A stretch of 64,000 bases of DNA from Podarcis tiliguerta (taxonomy: Eukaryota), in assembly GCA_965153285.1 (NCBI GenBank), contig OZ229111.1; one strand, written 5' to 3'. Shown here in pieces: positions 10,345 through 23,436 of the stretch; the first letter of the stretch is position 1, and each line of letters begins with the position of its first letter. The notes under the pieces were generated by a model that had not been told where the DNA came from, ran no database searches, and saw only the letters and a program-made list of their open reading frames with translations. A program made the translations under genes and the position numbers.

Positions 10345-13270
10345 ATTAGGACACAGCCATTGGTCCCATTGATGCATGACTGTATAGCAATGTGAAGTCA
10401 TCACATTTACTGTGTTCTCCTTGTTTAGAAAAGAAACATTGGGGGGAAAGTGCTCTATAACAGCGGAAGAGTGAGAGAAATCTAACTGTGTACAGTTGAA
10501 AACTGCAACAAAAAAGGGGGGGCAGGATTAATGGTCTCTCTAAAAGAGTCTTCCCACCCTTTGCCCCCCAAATCACTACCCCTGAGGCAAAAAGTGAATC
10601 AGGAGAACATCTGACTCATGCCTCTTCACAAATGGACAAGCTCTGTGGAGACAAAACTACAGTAATCTAACTCTGAGGCATTGTGACCCATCCTGCCAAA
10701 TTTAATGTAACATGAGTTATCACCAGAGTGAAGATAAGCATCGTGCAAGACTGAGCTCTTCACTGGAGTCTAGAGGTGGAGCCCAAGTCATGGAGTCCAG
10801 GAACAGCTGCCTGGAAGAGGGGGTGACTTTGATTTAAAAGAGGCTCTGGTATCCCAGGACAGCTGCTTGAGAGTAAGGCTTGAACAATGAGGGCAGCTGT
10901 CTGGTGGGAGATTTAAAGCATGAGACAGCCACGTCCAGGGAGATTAATACAAAAGGGGCTTTCAGTCCTAAAGAGGCCCTGTGTCCAGTGCAAGAGCTAT
11001 AAACCGAAGGCAAGTGACATGAAAGGTTCCCCCTTGCACACCCCTTTAGCTGCTCTTCTTTGTCCAGATTTATGTCCCAAGAGCAAAGGTAGCAAGGCTT
11101 TTTCTCTAAAGCTATCTCAGCTCCAGTGGCCTCCCTCCCTCTCCCTTTGCTCTTATTTAAGCTTTGTTCACACTTCTTCCTCCGTTATGGAGCACCTTTT
11201 TGGACTAAAGGGCCTGATGGGATCTGGCAACCATAATTTCATGGATAAAGGTATGCAGAGTGACTTAGGGGCTTGCTATCACGTGCTGTAATCAAACAAC
11301 TTGTTTCCAAAGTTGCTTCAAACAGGACCCAGAGCTAACAACCACAGCCTGGGGAGATCTACAGTTTGGCTCCAAAACATGCTGTTTCCTGCACTACTAC
11401 TTATTGTTTTGCAGGCAGCCTCATTATTTGTCTTCGGATTGTTTTCCAACTTCAGATGGCAATGGAGGAAATTCTTACGGATTTTAATTGGATTCTAACT
11501 TTGCTTTACGTTGAGGTCTCAGGTTGCACAACAAAGGCACACAGAGATGAAGAAACCATGGAAAAGCTTACTTTGAAAATATAAAATCCAGTCGTTCATA
11601 AGCCACTGCTGCCAGTCTCCGACCCTGATCCGTACCTTTTATGGAAGAGAGCAGAAATAATGAAAAACATTGTAGCCCTTATGTGAGCAAAGCTGGATAA
11701 TGATTTTGAACCACACAGCAGACATTCTGTGCCAGATAACTTTTTAGATCCAGATAACTTACTAACCTTTCTACACTCTTGTACAGTGCCTGTAACAAGT
11801 CTTCTCTCCAAATTAGGTATATTTCATTTTTGTAGTCCGATAGTGACAGGCTCTTAAAAAAAATGCTGTTGGCAAAGGCTGCATAGTAAGAATCACTCCA
11901 CTCACTTATGAAGACTAGCACAGTGGTTATGAATTGTTTCCCTTTTTTTCCTTTCTTTTCAAAAACAATTAGCTGCTCTTCATTTTAAGTTTCAGGGGGA
12001 CTTAATGTCCACAAATCAATACTGTAAACTTTGCTGGGTTCCATTTTTTTATTCCTCCAGAGTTGGGAGTGCCAGAAAAAATAAAATCTCTTCTATGGCA
12101 CTGCTATTTGAGTCTTATTTAATAAATTTTTTTTAAAGTATCACCTGGATTCCCACAAAATAGAGCCCAATGCTGAAAAATTTAAGTTGTTTTAAACTGT
12201 GTAGCCTGTCCCGAGTCCTTAGGGTGAAGGGTGAGTACAGTATTGTATAATAATATAATAATCACATAATTGTATAATAATATGATTATGACCTTTGTGT
12301 CAGAACAACAAAGCACCTACATACTGTTGTTTCATAAAACATACAAACTACCTATCTACCAGCTTGCTGTAGATACAGCAAGCATCTGAATCACTAAATA
12401 TGAAATTGGTTCCTCCCATGGGGCAATTGAGATGTTGGAAGATTGAGCTCAGTTGCCAGGAGCCTGCTGACGATGGAACCCTAGAGCCTAGCTAGAGTAG
12501 AGATAAACACAATCACTGCTAACACGACCGTAACATCTTTACAAATGCAAAGCACTGATATTGCATCCTACTCACAAACTTTACACTGGAATTCTTTCAA
12601 GTGCAAGAGTGTCACAGAATGAGTCCTAATGCTCTCTATACCATGGGTGCATATTACAGGGGCTGTACAATGAGCAGGTGGATTCTTGTAGCAACAACTG
12701 TTGCCTTCTAGGCAAGTTTCCTTGGATTCCAACATTCATTTCCACTCGCCACCTTGTCTCCACCCAGAGTGATTTTTGGTGTCATTTTATTTGTTCTGAA
12801 GTAATTAAAGATATGCAGCGCCTCAACTAGAACATTCATGAAGTATCCAAAGGGGGGAGTCAAGAACAACTAGCTGCCTGGCTCAAAATGGTGAGCAAGT
12901 CAGGCTTTCTCCATGGATGAAATGGGCCCCCGACTTCCGATTAACCAAGAGAGTGATGACAGTTTGGTGGCTGGACTTCTGGCAGCTTAAGTGAGGCCTA
13001 ATAATAAAGAGCAGAGTACAGCTGCAGAGATGCTTAAGGTCAGAAACTCCCTCCTTTATATCTTTCCAAAGAGTTCCTTTTGGAAACAAGCATCTGCCAG
13101 CATTAGTGCTGGGGATATTTCAAGCAGAACTGAAGTGGAATCAGCACCTGCAAATTCACAAACACTATTCGCAAATGTGTGTGTGTGTGGGGGGGGTGTC
13201 TTGTGTGTCTTTGCTGCCTCAAAGTTATCCCCTGGATTAATTTGGATTTCTTTCCATCAAGAGTCTGTTC

Positions 13271-13611
13271 CCATCCAGTGAAACAGAAAGGTGGAAGATT
13301 CAGAACAGGCAAAAGGAAGGGCTTCTTCACCCAGAGGACCTAGAGAATTCACTTCCACAAGAAGTGAATGGTGGCCATCAACTTGGATGGCTTAAAAAGG
13401 TGCTTAGAGCAATCCATGGCTACTGCTAGTCATGATGGGTGTGCTGTGCCTTCAGTGTCAGAGGGAGTACCTCTCTAAATGCCAGTTACTGGGGAGCAAC
13501 AAGTTGGGAGAGCACTGTTGCATTTGTGCCCTGCTTGTGGACTTCCCATAGGTATCTAGTTGGCTGCTATGAGAATAAAATACTGGACTCGGTGGGCCTC
13601 TGGTCTGATCT
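13271..13611 (+). mobile_element. Degenerate CR1 LINE 3' fragment
   Basis: Encodes HPVKQKGGRFRTGKRKGFFTQ, resembling the CR1 ORF2 C-terminus, followed by a CR1-like 3' UTR. Confidence 0.7.
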
Positions 13612-14109
13612 ATTTCTTCCCTGATGGGTCTCTGGTGGATTCCTCATCTTTTCTAACTGTGAGATAGTACTGACTGCTTTGAAGTTGCTTTATTCTTCAG
13701 GGTAGAACTACATGTTACAGAAAACACAGAGCTTGTGACTCTTAGCACTCCCCGTTTCAAGATATGACAATTGTATACTGTAAACAACCCTGTGATCCTT
13801 AAATGAAGAGTGGCTTATAAATGTAAAAACAAGGGGGGAAACCTGGAAGGTTCCTGAAACATGACATTCATTTAAAGAGTATTTTTCTTCCTGTTCCCCA
13901 CTACCACCACCACCCAAAGAAAAGGATGAGGGAAGCCTCTGAATATTGTTCAGAGGAATACTAATGTCTGATGTCTTTCAAAGTTAATTTCTCATGTTTC
14001 TAGGCAGAAAATGTCCTGGCTGTAGGATATAAAATGGAAATGTGTACGTTTTAAAGGACAGATTCTCTGCTAGAAGGCTGGGGAGTTCTGTTCTTAATCT
14101 CCATTTCAT

Positions 14110-14320
14110 GCAATTCACCACAATTTGTAATGTTTTTCAATAAGGCAGGAAGTGAACTTCCTGTGTTAAAGAGCAATAATAGCATACCGTCTCCATAGAA
14201 TATTAGTTTAAATGTTGAGCCTTGAATTTTAATACCTTTCATGTATTCTGAATATCTAATGGCACAGGCTAATGACTCAAGAGCGATATCATATAACATG
14301 GAGACCGTGGACAATGTTGC
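14110..14320 (-). mobile_element. Degenerate L1/Tx1-like LINE reverse transcriptase fragment
   Basis: ORF 14051-14314: IALESLACAIR...KGIKIQGSTFKLIFYGDGMLLLL...SSLPALL resembles the L1 RT segment around a decayed YADD motif. Confidence 0.7.
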
Positions 14321-14524
14321 CTAGTCATGAGCTAAGGGAGCAGTTCTGGTTCTAAACTGCATGTTACGAACTTTGAATGTAGGTATCTGTAAAGAAGCTT
14401 GGTTTAGTTGACAGAATTCCTATCTATCTTGTCTTAAGAGCTCCAGTGTATCTCATATACTCAAGAGCTACCTGGTGACACTCCCCACCCCGCCAATTCC
14501 ACAGTTAGGGCTCTTATCAGTAGA

Positions 14525-14720
14525 CAGTGGCAAAGCTTCAAATTCCGGCGGGGGGTGGTGGAGAGCAGGTGGGGGCGTGGTGTGCCGCCCGCAGGGGCGT
14601 GGCATGTGTCCTGGAGGTGTGGCGCCCAGCACGGGGAGGGGGCAGCAACGATGGCACCCCACCGAGATCATGCCACCGGGGGCAATGCGCTCCCCCCGCA
14701 CCCCTGTTCCTCCTCCTGTG
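14525..14720 (-). mobile_element. GC-rich hAT-type MITE (same family as 10101-10344)
   Basis: TSD tcagtaga/tcagtagg. Reverse-complement similarity to 10101-10344. Confidence 0.8.
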
Positions 14721-16657
14721 TCAGTAGGTCTCAGGTTTATTTATTTATATTCCTACCAGTTAACCCAGCAGTACAGTATGCTACCCCAGACTTTACATAC
14801 CTCCTCCTCTCATCTGTTTCCTGCATCCTTGGCAATGCTTGCCATCCCCTTTTATTCAGCTGTCATCCCTCCCCTCTTCGTTCCTACCTGACTCCCTGCT
14901 TGGTCCTCCTGCTCAGTTTTGTGTGAATCCTCGGCATTCTCTCCCCACAATATCACTTCTGGTCTGACTGTCTCAGCTTCTGTTTGGAATGCCAACACCT
15001 TGGTCAGTAAAGTTTTGCAAACTGTCATGAACCGGACGTACTTTCTTGATGTCTCGAGTTGGGCTAATTTTCTTAGGGGTATCCATTTTCATTCTGAAAG
15101 CAAAGCTGTCCTTAGAAGCATGCATATTTACTCTGACTGACACCTATGCAACCACTGAAGGAGATGAGTCAATCTGTTTGAGAATGGTGCTTAGTAGGAA
15201 TTATTTCCTGGAATGTTTAATCAAAGTTCTAAAGGTGATGCTCAGGTGCATAACATCATTAAGACCATCCCTCATAGCCCTGATTGACACCCATTGGCCC
15301 TGCCTCTGGTATGTTCATTTGTTCCATTCCAATGTGGCATAACACCTTGTGGATTCAGGCCTCCAACATTGGCCTATAGATCCCTTCCAGGATTTTAACA
15401 CTGCCATAATTGAAGCTCCATATAGAGAGGAGAGATAGCAACTCCCAACTCCTTTTGCCTCACCTGCCACATTTGGAAATAGTTCAGCAGACACCTTTAT
15501 ACCAACCAGGGATACTGGTTGGTATACTGAACCAATACTGGTTCAGTTCTGTAGCATCTGGCAGCTGAGTTGGCAACGGTGGAGTTTGATATTTTTGCCA
15601 CTGGACCAATGATGGCAGTGTATTTCCATGAAACCCTTAGAGTCAAATTAAGCTGAAATATTTGTTACGACAACATTGCCACCAGAAAACTCTTTAATTG
15701 ATCCTCAAGGGACCTCTAAATGTCAAGCTTGGCAGCCTGTTGCTTCAGCTAGCAAGGTCCATATACCAAGATGACAAGGTAAAAAGGCATGCCTGTGTGC
15801 TGTGATTATTACCTCTGAATCGGCCAACAGCATCCTAGAAACAGCTGATGAGAGTGAAAGAGGAAACAATTAACAAGCTCAGCAACTGCATCCGTCCTGC
15901 CAGTAGAACTCAGCTGCTTCTCACTGTGCTTCCGGTTGCCTGCTGCTGATCAGTTTTACTAATCATCACAATAAAATAACATTGCAATAAAATGTAGACA
16001 TAGGCCTGCTGCTTTTGTTGTGAATGTGTCCAGGGAAAGCTGGGAAATGGGGAGAAGTTGCCACCAGGAACAGAACAGGGAGGATGACCAAAGCCTAGAA
16101 AGTCAAAAGAATGGAGAAATGACCAATTAGTGAAACTTTTCTGGGTAGTAGAAGACCCTGGGCAATTGGCAAACTTACATGGCTGCAAGGGCTGGAGGGT
16201 ACTTTCTTTTCTTTTGTCTCATATTTCATTAGATGGGACTTTATTTTTGGTGTTTAATCTGGTGCAGCTAGCTTCATACCCTTGAGATAAGAATGTATTC
16301 CGTCTTGGAATAATAGGTCCGATCTTGCTCTTAAGTATTTGCTTCACGTAGGGTCTATTGTGACTTCAAATGATGCATTTATAAACAACAAGAATTGGGG
16401 TATATCCTTGGGATTAACCTTGGTTTCCTCTCTCTAATTCCCCCGAGTTACCCCGTCACAACTTTATGAGTAATAATGTAAACTTAAGCTTAGCAGTTTC
16501 TACCTCTTCCTTTCTCAGAGAAGCAGGCTTCTCACTGTGCCCTTTGGGCATCTGCCATAGCTTCAAATATGGTGTTCAGCTCCCTCCTTATCATAGTTTT
16601 CAATCTCTGTTATAGGAAACCCCTGGGGTTGCATGGAAGCTTAGTTGGGTCCCCAAT

Positions 16658-16880
16658 AGGAAGGTGCCATATACGGAGTCAGACCATTGGTCCATGTAGC
16701 TCAGAATTGTCTACACTGCATTTGTCCAGGAAGGCAACCCTAATGCTTGGTAATTGTTTAAAAATATTTCAATAAAGTTTATATTGAAAGGGGGGGAAAC
16801 CTCTACACTGACTGACAGTAAATGTTCAGAATTACAGATGGGGGGCATTCCCAGCCCTATCTAGAGGTACTGAGGATTTA
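16658..16880 (-). mobile_element. Old squamate SINE-like repeat interrupted by an 83-bp insertion
   Basis: Recognised segment gagtcagaccattggtccatgtagctcag. The insert 16719-16801 is flanked by the direct repeat tctacactg. Confidence 0.55.
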
Positions 16881-17030
16881 TTATTTATTTAATTAATTAA
16901 TTAAATTTGTATCTACTGTCTACAGGGCAGTTCACAACACTGAAAATACAAAACGAGAGCACAAAATACATAAGAAGAACAAGAACAAACACAAAAACTC
17001 AAGTTCTAAAAACAAAATCATTTCTGCATA

Positions 17031-17281
17031 CAGTGGTACCTCTGGTTAAGTACTTAATTCATTCCGGAGGTCCGTTCTTAACCTGAAACTGTTCTTAACC
17101 TGAAGCACCACTTTAGCTAATGGTGCCTCCTGCTGCCGCCGCACCACCGGAACACAATTTCTGTTCTCATCCTGAAGCAAAGTTATTCAACAATTTCTGT
17201 TCTCATCCTGAAGCGCCGGAGCACTATTTCTGGGTTAGCGGAGTCTGTAACCTGAAGCATATGTAACCTGATGTACCACTG
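17031..17281 (-). mobile_element. Tigger-like MITE subfamily A with internal duplication
   Basis: TA|cagtggtacctc ... gtaccactg|TA. Reverse orientation relative to 4991. A 25-bp segment is duplicated (17154-17178, 17190-17214). Confidence 0.9.
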
Positions 17282-17493
17282 TACTGTACTCTACAAACAA
17301 TAAAACCATATTGACAACTTCTAAAAAATAATAAATGTACTGGCAGGAGCACGAGATTGGCTCTGTCAGTGCATTTGCACCATGCTGACCTCCCAGCCAC
17401 CTCACTCTGCCTACCTTGGGAAGGAACAGTAACTCCTCACTAGCATGGTAGCTCCTTCCCACCCAGTGAGCCACTTCTGCCTTCGGAAGGAAC

Positions 17494-17633
17494 ATCATAG
17501 AATCGTAGAGCTGGAAGGGACCTCGAGGGTCATCTAGTCCAACCATCTGCAATGTAGGAATCTTTTTTCCCCAAGCTGGGGTTCCAACCCATGACCCTGA
17601 GATTAAGAGTCTCATGCTCTACCGACTGAGCTA
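17494..17633 (-). mobile_element. tRNA-Lys(CTT)-derived SINE with CR1-derived 3' tail
   Basis: Reverse complement begins tagctcagtcggtagagcatgagactcttaatctcaggg (tRNA-Lys-CTT D and anticodon arms) and ends in the CR1-type ...cccttccagctctacgattctatg. Acceptor stem absent. Confidence 0.85.
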
Positions 17634-18134
17634 TTGCACTAACAAAAAACATCCATTGCCATTAGGTGGATTTTGCCCTAAAGTAAGTCTTGAAGAAATA
17701 GTGTTTCTCTGCAAAAGCAGAGAGTCCCATCATGACTCTAGGTCTGGTTATGGATAAAGATTCTTGGGTGGTGGGAGAGACAGTGGTGGGAGTGAAATAA
17801 TATGCTGAACAAACCCTCCAGTATATTTTCCCGAGGCCTTATTGGGCTCTGTCTTGCAGCTCACTCGTGATTGCTTAATTATAGCCAGGGCTTTAAACAG
17901 ATTTTAAAAGACAATAAGCACAACAACTTTCCTCCCAAAAATAAGGACCAGGCAAAAAGCCTTGTGGATAAACAGTGAGTAATCCTTTCCAATTCCCTGA
18001 GCAGCTCAGCAGTTTGAGAGCTGTTGGGGAAACATTTCCTTAAAACCAGCTGACACATTTGGGCTAGATTATGTGTGTTGATATAGTTTTAAACAGGAAA
18101 GAGCCTCCAGCCCTGAGATACTAATACCGGAGGG

Positions 18135-18138
<4 letters not shown>

Positions 18139-18171
<33 letters not shown>
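18139..18171. repeat. (TG)n microsatellite
   Basis: Direct read. Confidence 0.95.
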
Positions 18172-18172
<1 letters not shown>

Positions 18173-21100
18173 TTTGGAGAGGGGAGGGGAGGGGGGTATA
18201 CTCAGTCCAATGTTGTGCAGGCAGAACAGGTGCCAAATATGAGATAAGCTGGAAAAATTAAAAAAACAAAACTGCACAGCTTTCCACTTGGAAAGAGACA
18301 GAATGAGTCAAGGCAGAAGGGGATATGGGCTGAGTTGATAGGGGAATATGGCCTCCCCCCCCCACTGCCCCAGTTTCACTGAAGAGGGATTGGGTCCTGT
18401 GTGCTTTATCCGTGTGATGTGTATATGTGTCGGGGAGACTGCATCTAAAAACATTTGAATAATGAGATATGTAGATAAACTGAACTGCCAGGTTTGGATA
18501 ATCAAACTTCAGGTAATGAAGACTCTGCACACTTGTGATATAAACCTGAGCAGAAGAACAAAACATACAGTTAGCCTGTGCTTTCTTTGACCTGAAAGCA
18601 CATCACAGCCCCGCTACTCCCGTGGACCACTTGTTAATCCTTTCCAGCATGAAGCTACAGACAGTCAGCTGTTGAGGAATATGGGTGGTGAAATCAGGAA
18701 GCAAACTCATTGAGGTGAGGCATGCTGATGATCAGATGGATGCCAAGATGCCAGGCTATAAACACAGTGGAGTAAAAGGGCTGAACACAGGGAGGGTTTC
18801 CATGCACCTGTTCACTGTAATGTGTGACTAGGGCTGGAGCACTAATGGGACAGTACCAGTGACAGGCATAATCTGAATGCCAAGGCCAGGGAAACTATTC
18901 CAATAATGTTAAAGGACCATAGGGAAGGACTTGGTCAAGGAAATCAGATGCTAAGTGTCAACAGGGTGTGTCAACATAGCAGAGCCTGCAGCGGGCAGCA
19001 AGACTCATGGTTGGAACATGGAGTGGGTAGCCGGGCAAAAGAGGCTGGGTGAAAGAGATGACATTGCAGTGCTATATTCATCATCCACTCAAGCCAGAGG
19101 GTGAAGTGCAGGGAGGATTGGCCATTACTCCTGGAGATCTCAAACGATAGGTTTCCTGCTCTAAAGCAAAGAATTTTCTACTCTTTAGTCCTATTTTATT
19201 ATCTGACAGGTTTTAATCTTGTCCTGGACATATAACTCTAGAACAGCAATTGTGAATGAGAAATTGTGTCTTGTTTTATCCCTGCCATCCATTTTGTCTA
19301 GAGCTAAAGCCAAGCACATTTTACCACCAGCCTAGGTGGAGTCTGGGTTGATTTCAGATGCTGAAGTATCTGCTGGCTTGGGCATGGCATGAGACATGTC
19401 AAGATTGACTGACCACACAGCAAACAAATTCCTGGTGCACCCTTTCACATGATCATACATCACAGTGAATGGGGTGGAACGGGGAAAGTGTTCATGCAGG
19501 CTGCCTCTTCTCCTAGCCTCCCCGTGTTCACCTGGACCTTTGCATACAGCCTGGGTGCATATGAACCTTTCTATATCATGGGGAATCCTGTTCTTTCACT
19601 ATACTGAGAGTGCCCTGCTGATGTAGATATGTATTGATGCGGGCTTTATGGAAACATTTAACTCAACAAGGAAAGCACCTGCAATCCTACTTCTCGCCTT
19701 CCCTCTTCTATTCATCATAATGTAGGCTCTTATAATGTGGACCAATGTGGGAGGGAAGAAGGAACTGCATTTGGAAATTGTTTTTGTTCCAAGTAAGCCT
19801 TGGAATGTGGAGTATTAAATCTGAACAGTGTGGTGGGCCCACAAGGCCTCCTTACTGATTCAAGCAGTTATTAATAATTTTGACAACGTAGTTTCCCACC
19901 CCACCCCCTTAGAGTGTGAATTACAGCCAGACCTCAGGATGTATTTCCTTGTGTTAACAGATTAATCACTTTATACTCTCACTTGCAGAGCTGAAGTCTG
20001 CAATGAACAAGGAGGTTTGTGAGTCCCTGTGCCAGTCTTTCTGGGCCCACAGTGGAGTTAGCAATGGTACCGGGAGATAAATATAATCTGGAATTGAATC
20101 ATCTCACAAAGGAAGTGGTGTGGCAATACTTACCTGATTCCTTTACCGCTGGTAAGGACAGGAGAATTGGCACTGAGACACAGAGATTCATAAAATATGG
20201 CTTATGGAGCTGCTTCTTACAGCCATCACTGCCTCAGCCAGCATCCATGGACAGTGGAGCATGACCTTTGCTGCAAAGCAAGCAGGAAGGATGGTATCAT
20301 GCTGCTTCCACTTTCAGGAAAGGCTAAGCATTAAGCAATTTCAGTGCTTAATGAAATTATTGTAGCAGTGACAAATTATTCACACTCAAAACACAAACAT
20401 TTGGAGTCACCCACTGGAAACGATAAGTAGTATATTGATGTCCAAGATAACAAGATTCTGCATTGCTTGGTGCCAGCATAAATGGCTTTTTGAAAAGATT
20501 ACTTGCTGCATCCATTGAAGCTTTATGTCACTTTAGTCCTGAAATATAATGGGTTTGAGTTATGGGAATCCTATGCTGCATGGCTTGAATTGGGTCAACA
20601 TGCCAATAAACTGGTTCCTACTCGATAGGGAAGAAAAATGCAGTTCATGGTCTGACTAATCAGAGATAAATATGGGATATGTATGCAGGAGATTTATAGC
20701 GCATCAGATGTCCTGTACCTTTCTTCCACTGTGTACATTTCAAGCTTTTCCTTTCTAAATAAAAGCCATTTGCTTTGCTATACATACATACATAATTTTA
20801 TTTGTATGCCATCTTTCCACAGTTCAAACTATGCTCCATGTAGCTCACAAGATGAAAATAATACATAACTGCAATGTAACACAAGTAGTCAAAAACAATA
20901 AATAAACCCTCCAAAAAACCCCACAACCAAACCAAACAGTTTCCACTTAAATCACAGCGCAATCTAAAATAAAGATACAAAAAAACCACCAAGAGTCTAT
21001 TCAGCAGCCTCTGCTTTTGTAGCTGCAAGGCAGGGAGCAGGTCTTTCCACTATGGCACAATGTATGGCCTTTCCTGGAAGTGAAGGATAAGATTGTGGAC

Positions 21101-22350
21101 TTATGGTTTCTGCTTGATTGTAGTGGATGGCTATATGTTCACTGGAGACCTCCAGTTCCCAAAGCGCTGCGACTCTGGCAAAGAAGTGGTACCTCTGGCC
21201 ATGCATTCTGTAGGCTGTCTACAAATGATCAGACCCCTTGAGTTAAAAAGAGAGAAGGTTCTTTATTTGATTTTGTTTTGAGTGAATAAGGGATTGCAGC
21301 TTGGTATCCGTAGGTGAGGCTCCGCTGCTCAGCCAATAAATACTTTCACGGTTTACAAGAAACAAAATAGGCATGGGCTTGTCTCCGTTGGATCACTTTG
21401 TCCTAAAACTATTTATAGAGACCTGGTTCTGCCTCAGCATAATGTTTCTCTTATTCTGTTGACCAGCACGTGATATGGGAAGAGGCTGCTAACATGCCAC
21501 CCCAATAAATCACGGAGAAGGAGTTAAGGCACTGGATTAAGATTGCACAAAGATAGCTTTGTGTTTTTCGGAACATCAAACCTCCTTGTGAGCAGACAAG
21601 ATAATTTGACAATTGGCCAGTTGGGTTTTTTTGTTCTTATTCTTCCTTACCCGTCCTTTAAAGCCACACACATAGTCACAGTTTATTTCCTAGACTTGGG
21701 ATGTTGCAACAAAGCCAGGAGTCAACATAGCTATAAATGGAAGAAGCGGCTCTCCTTGGAATGGAGCCTGAACTGAAACTTTGTTGGGTCCAGTCATTGT
21801 TCCTTTTGTTCATAATGTTTTAAGAAAAGATAATGGTGAAGAAGGACTCCCCCCCCCCACACACACACTTATTTTTTTTAGTAAACACATTCACTTCTTC
21901 ACTGCTCTGGGGTGTGTTTTGAACTGGAAGCTCTATAGACAACCCCAGTTTCTGCGGTTTGAGAAACGGGTCAGCAGAAAGAGAATGTGAATACACTTCT
22001 GTTTTCCATTCATACTTGGGATAGATAAGCAAATAGCTGGGCAACTTTGAGATCCAAATATAATCTAACCATTTTGGCTGGACTCTGTAGCCAGCAGGGT
22101 TATAAAACTGGTGCAGCTAATGGGTTTTTGAAAAAAAAAGTGTTGTAAATTCATAGCAAAAATTTAAGCCACCTGATTTAAGCCTGGTGGTAATGACTCA
22201 AGAGTTATTGTGGCTCAGTAACACATGACCAGTGGCGAATGCCTACCCACTTTTTTCTGGTGTTTTTAATCAGATTGTGACAGGCAGAAACTCAACTGGT
22301 GAAGCTTTTCCAAGCAGGAAGGTACAATAGAGAGAAGGTCTGAATCTGTA

Positions 22351-22490
22351 ATAGAATAATAGAATCTTAGAGTTGGAAGGGACCCAAGGGTCATCTAGAT
22401 CAACCCCCGCAATGCTAAAGCATCCGTGGCAGGTAGCCATCCAACCTCTGTTTATAAACCTCCAAGGAAGGAGAGTCCACCACCTATCAT
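22351..22490 (-). mobile_element. CR1 LINE 3' end fragment
   Basis: atagaatcttagagttggaagggacccaagggtcatctag...aaacctccaaggaaggagagtccaccacc, homologous to 30582-30730. Confidence 0.8.
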
Positions 22491-22792
22491 GGGAGAAATG
22501 TCTGCCTCCCATGTAACAGTATATATATTTTTCTTGTTACAAAATTGCACACCTATAAATTATAAAACATAACATGACTTACAAAAATGGATCACTAGGG
22601 AGGTAAAATGCTACACGTATTATTTTACAGAACATAATAATGAGGTGATTACAGTAAACCAATGAGGTGATTACAATAAATGAATTCGTCAATAAATCAA
22701 CTTGGAAAACACAAAGTAATAGGAGTGAGCTAATGAGTAGTGCCTGCTTATCTATGCCTTGTTGCAATATATGCTGTAAGTATTTCTCATTC

Positions 22793-22886
22793 TTAGCTCA
22801 GTTGGTTAGAGCATAGTGCTGATAACGCCAAGGTTGTAGGTTTGATCTCCATACGGGACAGTTGCATATTTCGGCTCTGCAGGGGA
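22793..22886 (+). mobile_element. tRNA-Ile-derived SINE fragment (not a functional tRNA)
   Basis: ttagctcagttggttagagcatagtgctGATaacgccaaggttgtaggtttgatctccatacggg follows tRNA-Ile, with CpG decay and no acceptor stem. It continues into a SINE-like body. Confidence 0.75.
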
Positions 22887-22899
22887 TCAGTCACCTTGC

Positions 22900-23420
22900 C
22901 ACCTTCTATTTTTGCTACAGCTTTTCCATTATGGCTTTTTGCCAGACTATTTTATACCAGTGGTCAATATTCATTAATTGCAATGTTTTCCAAGTTCTGG
23001 ATTTTACCATTCCAATTCCTTACTTCTTAATTAGTCCATATTTGAAGTATATAAATTAAGGATGGCCAATACCAGGGATATTGGGATTGTCAGAGCTGTA
23101 ATCTGAGATATCTCTTTTAAAAATTCCTTCCGGTATTTGTGGACATTCTCACCACATATGATGGTATGTACCTATAACCTATAACTCTGCAATGTAACAG
23201 AGAGCTACTGGGCTTCATATAAGATAGGCACCTCAGTGTTAAATACCATCCATGCACAATTTTTAGTGAATGTTCCCTAGTAGTTGCTGACAGAGATTTA
23301 TATGGTGCTTTTGTCCATAAATTGTTCCATTTGTCCTCTTAAATGTTTATATCCCCATTAAGTTCCCCCCAGCTTCTTAGATTTTGTTGGGAGAATGATA
23401 AGGGTTTTGTATAAAAGGGA
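22900..23420 (-). mobile_element. Degenerate L1/Tx1-like LINE ORF2 C-terminal fragment
   Basis: Reverse strand reads YHHMW*ECP (around 23140-23166), the HMWWECP cysteine-rich motif of vertebrate L1-clade ORF2. AT-rich. Confidence 0.6.
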
Positions 23421-23436
23421 AATGAATGCCTTAGTC

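Noticed and set aside
10065-10404. GC-rich ORF clusters or CpG island (also 14468-14926 and 38034-38476)
   Set aside because: They coincide with TSD-flanked hAT-type MITEs. The ORFs result from low stop density in GC-rich sequence.
17570-17633. Functional tRNA-Lys gene (also 59158-59222, and tRNA-Ile at 22793-22860)
   Set aside because: Acceptor stems are missing, T-arms are mutated, and each is fused to a SINE body or tail.
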